Shown here: one piece after another, positions 49,201 through 57,558 of the stretch
How the letters are laid out: the number at the start of each line of letters is the position of its first letter
Position numbering within the stretch: position 1 is the first letter of the stretch
Assembly (NCBI GenBank): GCA_015068735.1
Contig: SVJW01000006.1
Span: 519-64,518 of the forward strand
Direction: 5' to 3'
Origin: Oscillospiraceae bacterium
GTDB taxonomy: Bacteria; Bacillota; Clostridia; UMGS1883
DNA length: 64,000 nt
Made by a program: the position numbers and the translations under genes
The notes under the pieces: generated by a model
Seen by the model: only the letters and a program-made list of their open reading frames with translations
What the model was told of the DNA's origin: nothing
The model's database searches: none

Positions 49201-51018
49201 GCAACTGAAAATGGTGCAAATGTAGTATTCGTTACATCTCCTGCAGCAAACAGTAAAGATATTTCATCTTATGTTACGTATATGAAATCTGTAGCAGCGG
49301 AACTTGATGCTCCCGTTCTTGATCTTAATAATGCGTGGGCAGACTTCTTAGCAGGTACAGATGATGATGTAACCTATTACAGCAAGACAATTGATACTGC
49401 CATGAAGAGTGATTCTCGTTGGGAACTTTCTGCACAGAATCCTGAAAGCGGAAACTACACAGCTTCACTTGCAGGAAAAGATGGTAGACTTTCTCCTGCA
49501 GGTGCACAGAAAGCGGCAGCACTTCTTGCTTCCAATCTCAAGAGTGCAAATCTTCCGATTTCTTCCTATGTGGAAACTGCTTCAGCCTTTACTTATAGCG
49601 TATCAGGAGGCGTACTTACCATAAATGGTAGTGGCGATATGCCCGTATACGCATCCTTCGGTGAAACTCCGTGGGCGAGTGTAACAGGTGTAACAACAGT
49701 TAAGGTAAGTGACGGAATAACTTCCGTAAGCACAGATGCATTCTCAGGCTTTACAGGTCTTACAGAAGTTTATCTGCCCGACAGTGTGGTATCTATTGGC
49801 AAGGGTGCTTTCCCTGCAAGCGGATTTACGATTTACGGTTCAAACAATACTGTAGGTCAGCGCTATGCAGAGAATGACTCAAGCGTTGACTTTGCATTCA
49901 AGACATTCAGAATTCTTGCAATCGGAAACAGCCATACGCATGACTATATGAATTGGCGTGACCTTGTTTTTGCGGATTTGAAGAATGCAGGACTTAAAAC
50001 TGAAATTGAGTTTGATTACGCACTTGTAGGCGGAGCACAGCTTATGTATAAGGATATTGGTTATGTAGGCGTTGAGGGCGAGTACAGAAGTCATTATGTG
50101 CAAGGCTCAAACCCCAACCGTCCGTACTACAATACCTATTCAAAACTTCGTGATAATACTTACGACTTAGTGCTTGTTCAGGACTATCGCGAATCTGTTA
50201 TGGATTCTTACAGATATTCCTTTGCTTCTGACCTTACAAAGGTAATTCGTTGGATAAGAAACGAACAGCCAAACGCTGATATAGCTTGGGTAGCAGACTG
50301 GACAGATTTGAACAGTACCGGCTCAAGGGGAAGACTCTATAATCAATGGAGTACAAACTCCGTAACAGTCATGAATAATGTTTTGGCATTGGAAGATGAT
50401 GCTCCTGACTTCATTGTTCCCATGAATACAGCTATTCAGAATGCAAGAACATCATATCTTGGCGGTGTATATAACGCGGCTGATTGCTACGGTGACAATT
50501 CCAATACAGACTGGAACGGTACAAACGGAATTACAAATTTCACCATTCTTGAACGTGACGGAACACATTGTAGTTATGAATTAGGTCGTTATCTTGTAAG
50601 TGCGGCTGTATTCGGTAAGGTATTCAGTGTATATAAAGACAGCATGGAAGGATTTGATTTCGATTTCTTCAATGCTCTCAGCACCACACCCGAATATGTA
50701 ACAAACAGCATTTATCCGTGGAACGGCTCAATTACAGACAATCATATGGCAATTATCCGCGAAAGTGCAAAGAATGCTATTTTGTATCCCACAGAAGTGA
50801 AGCAGTCTGCATACACAGTTGACCCGGCAGACGGTATTGCAACGAGTGTTGCAGGGCTTAATTATCCCACATTTACAGCATCAGGTATTGCATCTACTGT
50901 AAATAATGCAAACCTCGGTATTACAATTACATCTTCCGATGTTGCCGTAAGCGGTGACAGTGCGACTGTTACATTCCTTCACGGTTATACGAAGAAAACT
51001 GTAACAATTTCCAAATAA
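46289..51018 (+). pseudogene. Large secreted multidomain esterase split by a 1-nt frameshift (ORFs 46289-48652 and 48697-51018)
   Basis: Adding one C at the C4 run 48630-48633 gives ...VVNAPSAGGKVTSVEVSNTLTNQPAVVFVAVY...; the second ORF lacks an RBS and signal peptide; it contains CE12-like GDST, BspA-type LRR and DUF4886-like GNSH...DGTH domains. Confidence 0.75.
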
Positions 51019-51027
51019 TTCAATATA

Positions 51028-51060
51028 GTGGCAGCGGTCGGCTAAGCCGACTTCTGCTAC
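51028..51060 (+). terminator. Hairpin after the esterase gene
   Basis: gtggcag..gtcggc-taa-gccgac..ctgctac. Confidence 0.5.
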
Positions 51061-51123
51061 AAAATCCTAATTTACATAAATTAATTAAATTAAATTACAT
51101 TACACAAATCCAAAAAAGAAAGG

Positions 51124-53190
51124 ATGAAAACAATGCGCAAAAACCTTAAAAAATTGACAGCTTTTGTAATGAGTGTTATCGTACTCGCTACAATGAGCTT
51201 GTCAGCAATGGCAATGCCGAATTATACATTTGACACTGCCAAAACAGACGGACTTATGCCCGTTAAGGAAGTTCTTTTTGCAGAAGACTTCAACGGTTCT
51301 GCCGACTTAGGTGTGGCAAATGCAGTATGGGGTGCTTCCTCAGGCGGAAGTAATACTTTGTCTGTAATCAGCAGAACAAGTAACTCAGACAGCTTAAAAA
51401 ATTTCCTGTGGGTTCAGAACGTTGAAAATGAGCAGTATTATAAGGCAAAGAGCGATACTGCTTTTAAGGGAGATTACACAATCGAATTCAAATTCAACAA
51501 GACAGTAAACCATAGTAACGGTGATACATGTGACAATATGTTCTTCGGTGCAGGTTACACAGATGGCACAAACGAGAGCCTCGCTATAAATCTTGGTATC
51601 GGTGCTGACGATAAGCCTTACTATGTAAATGCCGAGGGTACAAAAGTTCCCTTTATTACTAATACCAAGGCATGGACTGCAGGCTTTGATATTTATAGCA
51701 ACTGGACATGGGATGAGGGCGACTGGACAAACCAGAAATCTAACACTGTTACTGCAGAATTCGGTAGAAACACAGCTTCCTGGTACACCGTAAAAGTAGA
51801 TGTGAATACTCAGGCAGGCACATACGATGTTTACCTTAACGGTGCGCTCTGCGTTGAGGATGCAGCATTCATCCCTGCAGCAGGCATTGATTGGGCAGAT
51901 ACAGGTATCAACCTTCCCTATGTAATGGAAGCAGACTACAACGTAGGAGTACGTTATGTTTACGATGACCTTTACATTTACAGAGATTATGAAGGCATAA
52001 CAAATATCTACGCAGAAGATTTCAATGAATATGCAGAAGCAAAATCCTGGTCAAGCGGAAGCCTTAATAAGACAGGTATAGCAGGTCTCGGTATTGCTAA
52101 TATCGTTGATAAGAGCGGTACTATTACTGCAACAGGAAATCAGCTCGTAGCAACATATAACGGTGGTGCTTCCGGTGCAATAGCAAACGGTCTCATTGCT
52201 GATGATTATGTTACAATCGACCTTGACTTCACTGTGTCAGGCGTTCCGGAAGGTGCAACAGACAATTGGGTACCGATTGTTGGTATCACAGGTGCTCCCA
52301 ACGGCGGCGGTATTGTGTTTAAGGTAAACGAAAACGGTAACATAGGTTTCCATTGGTATAACCAGACAGGTGCAGCAGTAAAGAATATCGGAACAGTTAC
52401 ACTTGGCGAGAAGCATGACCTTACTCTCCATATCGATTTCACAACAGGAAGATATACTATCTATGTTGACGGAAACCTTCTTCTCTATAAAGAAGCTATG
52501 TCAAACGGAAGCCAGGCAGCAAATATCGTTAATGGTGAAGGTTATGCAATTGTTCTCGGCCACAAAGATGCTGCAACAGCAACTGTAGCATATGACAACA
52601 TCCGTGTATACAAGGATGTTCGTGAGGAAGTTCTTGAAGAACTTTCTGCAGAGCTTTCTAAGATATTCGTTAACGATAACTTTGTTATGAAACAGGTTGT
52701 TCTTCCCGATACTATTACCGGATTTGACGGATACAAGGTTAGCTGGAGCACAGAAGCTGATTCTAATGTTCAGGTTGGAGCAGATGGAAAGACTGCAACT
52801 GTAAAGCAGACTACAAACAATCAGAACATCAAGCTTACTGCAACCGTAACTGATGTAAACGGAGAATACACTGTATCTCGTAACTTTACAGTAAGAGTAG
52901 TAGCAGGTGCTAACAATATCATCAGTGATAACGGTGCAGGTACAATTACCGCTACCGGCAGACAGACTCCTCAGGGCAGCATTCTTTACCTTGCTATTTA
53001 TGATAACAGTACAGATACTCTTGTTGGATTAGTACCGGCAGAAACAATCTCCAACAATACAATCACAGCTACATATGATTATTCTAAACTTGCGGCAGGA
53101 ACATATTATGCAAAGGCAATGCTTTTCGACAAAGCAACCATTGCTCCTCACTGCGTAACTTCAAGAGTTATCACTGTAGTTGTTGAGTAA
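51124..53190 (+). CDS. Secreted, probably non-catalytic beta-sandwich protein, paralogue of the N-terminal part of 46289
   Basis: Signal peptide; collinear similarity to 46289 (GYTDGT, TGIAGLG, YDNIRVY.D.RE). Confidence 0.8.
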   Translation: MKTMRKNLKKLTAFVMSVIVLATMSLSAMAMPNYTFDTAKTDGLMPVKEVLFAEDFNGSADLGVANAVWGASSGGSNTLSVISRTSNSDSLKNFLWVQNVENEQYYKAKSDTAFKGDYTIEFKFNKTVNHSNGDTCDNMFFGAGYTDGTNESLAINLGIGADDKPYYVNAEGTKVPFITNTKAWTAGFDIYSNWTWDEGDWTNQKSNTVTAEFGRNTASWYTVKVDVNTQAGTYDVYLNGALCVEDAAFIPAAGIDWADTGINLPYVMEADYNVGVRYVYDDLYIYRDYEGITNIYAEDFNEYAEAKSWSSGSLNKTGIAGLGIANIVDKSGTITATGNQLVATYNGGASGAIANGLIADDYVTIDLDFTVSGVPEGATDNWVPIVGITGAPNGGGIVFKVNENGNIGFHWYNQTGAAVKNIGTVTLGEKHDLTLHIDFTTGRYTIYVDGNLLLYKEAMSNGSQAANIVNGEGYAIVLGHKDAATATVAYDNIRVYKDVREEVLEELSAELSKIFVNDNFVMKQVVLPDTITGFDGYKVSWSTEADSNVQVGADGKTATVKQTTNNQNIKLTATVTDVNGEYTVSRNFTVRVVAGANNIISDNGAGTITATGRQTPQGSILYLAIYDNSTDTLVGLVPAETISNNTITATYDYSKLAAGTYYAKAMLFDKATIAPHCVTSRVITVVVE

Positions 53191-53208
53191 AAATCAATCT
53201 TAATTTCC

Positions 53209-53239
53209 AAAGGCTGCAGCAAAATCTGCTGCAGCCTTT
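53209..53239 (+). terminator. Intrinsic terminator / hairpin
   Basis: aaaggctgcagca-aaatc-tgctgcagccttt. Confidence 0.7.
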
Positions 53240-53262
53240 AGAAAATCATAAGGAGCATTATA

Positions 53263-53826
53263 ATGAAAAAACTTACTCTTTTGGGTGATTCTATAAGACT
53301 TTTGGGTTACGGTACTAAGGTACCTGAACTCCTGAAAGATGAATTTGAAGTTTTCCAACCCGAAGATAATTGCCGTTTTGCAAAATATACTCTCCGCGGT
53401 GTTTTGATAGAGTGGACAAAGGATATTGAAAACAGCGACATTATCCATTGGAATAACGGCTTGTGGGACATATGCGACCTTGGTGACGGAGTATTTACTT
53501 CCAAGGAAGAATATATAGAAAATATGGTTCGTATTGCAAAGCTTTTAAAAGAAAAAGCAAAAACAGTAATTTTCGCAACCACAACTCCTGTAACAAACGA
53601 CCATCCCCACAATGATAACAGCGTAATTATTGAATATAATAACGCTATTGTACCGATTCTTCGCGATATGGGCATTATCATAAACGATCTGCACTCATTT
53701 GTTTATCCCCATATTGAGGAGTATATCCGCAAGGATGACAAAATCCACCTGACAGGTGTGGGTATCGATGCCTGTGCAAAAAAGGTTGCTGAGGTAATAC
53801 GAGAAGCGGCAAAATGTCTGGAATGA
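53263..53826 (+). CDS. SGNH/GDSL hydrolase
   Basis: LLGDSI, WNNGLWD, DKIH. Confidence 0.88.
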   Translation: MKKLTLLGDSIRLLGYGTKVPELLKDEFEVFQPEDNCRFAKYTLRGVLIEWTKDIENSDIIHWNNGLWDICDLGDGVFTSKEEYIENMVRIAKLLKEKAKTVIFATTTPVTNDHPHNDNSVIIEYNNAIVPILRDMGIIINDLHSFVYPHIEEYIRKDDKIHLTGVGIDACAKKVAEVIREAAKCLE

Positions 53827-53905
53827 TAATCTCTCATTCCGACATTTACACGAGCCCGATTTATTAAATCGAGTTGGTGTAAATGTTATTATAAGGAGTT
53901 TTAAA

Positions 53906-54682
53906 ATGTCTTTTAAAATTATTGATTTTCATTGTCACCCATTTTTGTGTGATGATGAACGCATAGGCGGATATGTTAATCTGGTAAACCTTAGTACAGA
54001 AGATTTTTTTGATCATATGTCATCCTGTGGGGTGTCTGTTTGCGCAGGAAGTGTAATCGGCAAGAAAACAAACCGTTTTGAAGATTTGCATAATTTTAAT
54101 CTTCACGCATTAAAGCTTCGGGAAAAATACCCGGGCAGATATATCCCGGGATTTCATATCCATCCTGATTTTGTGGAGGAATCAATAAAAGAAGTTGATT
54201 TTGCCATAGAAAACGGAGTTAAGCTTATAGGGGAGCTTGTTCCTTATCATCATGGATGGCAGGATTATTCTGCACCCGGCTTTATGGAGATTTTAGATTA
54301 CATAAACAGCAAAAAACTTATTGTAAGTACACATATAGGAGATGTAGCTGAAATAGAGCAACTTGAAAAAGCCATAGCTTTATATAAAGATATAACCTTT
54401 GTTCTGGCTCATCCGGGGTATGGAGAAAGAATTGAAAAACATATAGAAATTCTCCAAAAATATCCTAATGCCTATCTTGACCTTTCCGGTTCGGGGATAG
54501 ACCTCTTCGGTACGGTGAAAAAATTAACGGAAAGTACAGATTATAAAAAAATTCTGTTGGGTTCCGATTTTCCCGTAACGACACCCGGGGCGTGGATATC
54601 CGCAGTTATGAGCGAGAATATTACCGATGATGCCAAAAGGCATATATTAGGCATTAATGCTGAAAGAATTTTAGAATTGTAA
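53906..54682 (+). CDS. Amidohydrolase_2 family TIM-barrel metal hydrolase
   Basis: IIDFHCH, VLAHPG, AYLDLS, LLGSDFP, GINAERI. Confidence 0.88.
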   Translation: MSFKIIDFHCHPFLCDDERIGGYVNLVNLSTEDFFDHMSSCGVSVCAGSVIGKKTNRFEDLHNFNLHALKLREKYPGRYIPGFHIHPDFVEESIKEVDFAIENGVKLIGELVPYHHGWQDYSAPGFMEILDYINSKKLIVSTHIGDVAEIEQLEKAIALYKDITFVLAHPGYGERIEKHIEILQKYPNAYLDLSGSGIDLFGTVKKLTESTDYKKILLGSDFPVTTPGAWISAVMSENITDDAKRHILGINAERILEL

Positions 54683-54694
54683 GGGAGCATAACG

Positions 54695-55441
54695 ATGGAA
54701 ATATTTATTAAATCAACAAAAGACGGTACAATGCAGCCTTCCTTGTATTATGAGGCAACGGAGAAAAACAGACCTCTTTTGGTGGGGCTTCATACCTGGA
54801 GCTATGATAGATTCAATCAGGAAACGACTCTTTTGCCTATCGTAAAAAAGCACAATTTCAATCTGCTTCTTCCGGAGTTTCGCGGATGTAATAAAAGATA
54901 TAATCCAATAAGGTTTCAGGCTTGTGGTTCAGAACTTGCCAAGCAGGATATAAAGGACGCAATTGACTACATTGTTAAAGAATTTGATGTTGACGAGGAA
55001 AATATTTTCCTTTTTGGCGAAAGCGGCGGCGGACACATGGCTCTTTTGATGTCGGCATACTGCCCTGAATATTTTAAGGCTGTTGCGGCAACTGTTCCCA
55101 TAAGCAATATAAAAGAATGGGCAGAAGAAAACGAAGAGTACAGAGATGATGTTATTTCCTGCTGTGAGGGTGACGAGGAAGAAATGATGAAGCGTTCACC
55201 CATCAGTTATATTGATGACATTGCAAAAGCAAATCTGAAAATTTTCCACGGAAAATATGACCCGGTAGTACCGGTAAAGCAAAGCATTGGCCTATATAAT
55301 AAAATTGTGGAAAGACATCCTGATTGCAGGGTTTTTCTCGATATTTTTGACGGAAAGCATCAAACTGACAAAGTCACAGTATGGCATTGGTTACTCTCAC
55401 AATACAAAGACGAAAACAGTAAAACTCAGGTCACAGGGTAA
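54695..55441 (+). CDS. Alpha/beta hydrolase (S9-like esterase/peptidase)
   Basis: GLHTWS, GESGGG nucleophile elbow, HGKYDPVV, GKH. Confidence 0.85.
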   Translation: MEIFIKSTKDGTMQPSLYYEATEKNRPLLVGLHTWSYDRFNQETTLLPIVKKHNFNLLLPEFRGCNKRYNPIRFQACGSELAKQDIKDAIDYIVKEFDVDEENIFLFGESGGGHMALLMSAYCPEYFKAVAATVPISNIKEWAEENEEYRDDVISCCEGDEEEMMKRSPISYIDDIAKANLKIFHGKYDPVVPVKQSIGLYNKIVERHPDCRVFLDIFDGKHQTDKVTVWHWLLSQYKDENSKTQVTG

Positions 55442-55498
55442 ATAAGATCAAGTTGCTATGTATAGAGCGCTTTTTGAATATACAGAAAGGTGAGAGTT

Positions 55499-56251
55499 AT
55501 GATTTTGTTAAACGGAAAATGGGAAACAGGACTTAACAGAAATTATACAGATGAATCAAATGTTCCCGGGCTTATTTATTCTGCCTGTGAGCCTATAGAG
55601 GGAACTTTGTGGTATAAAAGGGAAATAACTCTTCCTGAAGGCAATTGGACAAAGGCAAGCCTTATTCTTTACGGTGCAAGGATTGAAGCGCCAACGCCAT
55701 ACAAACACAGTAAACCGATGCTTTTTTACGGTTCTTCAATTACCGAGGGTGCACACGCAACACGCCCGTCAAATGCCTATACAGCACTTGTATCAAGCCA
55801 CTTGGACATTGACTACTACAATTTCGGCTTTTCAGGAAGTGCAAAGGGACATTTGGATTTTGCCGAATACATCGTGAGGCAGGATATCAGTATTTTTGTA
55901 CTCGACTACGACCATAACGCGCCTGATACAGAATATCTGGAGAAAACTCACGAGCCGTTCTTTAAATATATTCGTGAGAGAAAACCCGATCTCCCAATAG
56001 TTATAACCACAAGTCCCGATTTTGATTATGCAGAGGATAAAGCCCTTCGCCGTGAAATCATAAGAAAGACATACAACAATGCGGTTAATTCAGGCGACAA
56101 AAACGTATATTTTGTTGACGGAGAGACATTTTTCGGAGATAAGGACAGACACTCTTGTACAAGCGACACCACTCATCCCAATGACTTGGGACACTACAGA
56201 ATGGCACAGATTTTGGAGCCACTGATTAAGGATATTCTGCAACATCAATAA
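55499..56251 (+). CDS. Chimeric ORF: GH2-like N-terminal fragment fused to the C-terminal half of an SGNH hydrolase
   Basis: LNGKW...VPG...LWYKREITLP...LILYGAR followed by FYGSSITEG, FGFSG, DYDHN, DTTHPND. Confidence 0.7.
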   Translation: MILLNGKWETGLNRNYTDESNVPGLIYSACEPIEGTLWYKREITLPEGNWTKASLILYGARIEAPTPYKHSKPMLFYGSSITEGAHATRPSNAYTALVSSHLDIDYYNFGFSGSAKGHLDFAEYIVRQDISIFVLDYDHNAPDTEYLEKTHEPFFKYIRERKPDLPIVITTSPDFDYAEDKALRREIIRKTYNNAVNSGDKNVYFVDGETFFGDKDRHSCTSDTTHPNDLGHYRMAQILEPLIKDILQHQ

Positions 56252-56279
56252 AATTTAAGTAAGCGAAAGGGATAAAGCG

Positions 56280-57008
56280 ATGCAAAAATTATCTTTATCA
56301 GAGAACGATATTAATTCATTTTTAATGCTTGGGCAGTCCAATATGGCTGGTAGGGGAAATATGGGTGATGTTGAACCCATAGAAAATGATTTGTGCTATA
56401 TGCTTAGAATGGGCTTGTGGCAAAAGATGAGCGAACCTGTCAATGTTGATGCACCGGTAACTGGTGAGGAATATTTTTCAGGCATAAGTCTTGCGGCAAG
56501 CTTTGCAGATGAACTGGCAAAAGCAACAGGTAAGAAAATAGGTTTAATTCCCTGTGCCGTAGGCGGCACAAAAATAAGTGAGTGGATGCCGGGAGAAATT
56601 CTTTATGACAACACACTTATGACTGCAAAAATAGCTATGCGCACATCGAAGATTAAAGGGATTCTTTGGCATCAGGGGGAAAGTGACTGCAACAAAGACG
56701 AAGATATTGCCTTGTATAAAGAAAAATTTTTAGAGATAATATCGTATCTTAAAAAAGAGCTTTCGTTAGAAAATGTGCCAATAATCATAGGAGAATTGAG
56801 TACTGATATAACTGAAGTATGGAACACAGGAACACGTCCTGCAAAGTTGAATGAAATATTAAGAGAAATATCGCAGGAGCTACCCTTGTGCCACATAGTA
56901 TCATCAAACGGACTTACCCTTAAAAACGACGGAATCCATTTTGATTCAATTTCCTGCAGAGAGTTTGGTAAACGATACTTTAAAGAATATATGAAATTAT
57001 TTGAATAG
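56280..57008 (+). CDS. SASA/CE6-like acetyl esterase
   Basis: GQSNMAGRG, IGLIPCAVGGT, LWHQGESD, DGIHF. Confidence 0.9.
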   Translation: MQKLSLSENDINSFLMLGQSNMAGRGNMGDVEPIENDLCYMLRMGLWQKMSEPVNVDAPVTGEEYFSGISLAASFADELAKATGKKIGLIPCAVGGTKISEWMPGEILYDNTLMTAKIAMRTSKIKGILWHQGESDCNKDEDIALYKEKFLEIISYLKKELSLENVPIIIGELSTDITEVWNTGTRPAKLNEILREISQELPLCHIVSSNGLTLKNDGIHFDSISCREFGKRYFKEYMKLFE

Positions 57009-57038
57009 TAACGTATAGAAAAATATGAGGAGGTAACT

Positions 57039-57545
57039 ATGGCAACACTTTCGTACATATCATCATTTATTGCAACTATATTAGGCTTAATAGAACCTTT
57101 CGGAAAGAAAATGAAAACGATTCTTACCCTGAACTTTCTCGGGAATTTACTGGTAGGAATCAGTTATCTTTTTGGCTCAGACTACAGCGGTGCAGCAATA
57201 TGCTTTACTGCTTGTGTGCAGGTACTTATCAATTATTCTTTCGATGTTAAGCAGAAGAAACTACCACTGTGGCTTATCATTATTCATGCTGTTATATTCC
57301 TTACAGTAAATATTATCACATTTGCGCATTGGTACGATATCATCGCATTGGCAGCGGCAATGTTGTTTGTTTTAAGCGTGGCACAGTCAAACGCAAAATA
57401 TTATCGTGTTCTATATGTGACAAATTCTTTCTTGTGGATTTTTTACGATTTCCTTGCCGGAGCATATGCTAATCTTGGAACCCACATTGTACTTTTTATT
57501 GCAACGTCGATTGCGATTTACATAAGAGATAAGAAAGCAAAATAA
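57039..57545 (+). CDS. YgjV-like inner membrane protein
   Basis: Highly hydrophobic 168 aa; LWIFYDFLAGAY C-terminal pattern. Confidence 0.7.
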   Translation: MATLSYISSFIATILGLIEPFGKKMKTILTLNFLGNLLVGISYLFGSDYSGAAICFTACVQVLINYSFDVKQKKLPLWLIIIHAVIFLTVNIITFAHWYDIIALAAAMLFVLSVAQSNAKYYRVLYVTNSFLWIFYDFLAGAYANLGTHIVLFIATSIAIYIRDKKAK

Positions 57546-57558
57546 CAGGAGGTATAAT

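Noticed and set aside
30332-53190. Canonical cellulosome (cohesin/dockerin)
   Set aside because: No duplicated dockerin Ca-binding motif or cohesin repeat recognised; the lone DRDGDKKYD in the 30332 protein is a single EF-hand-like loop
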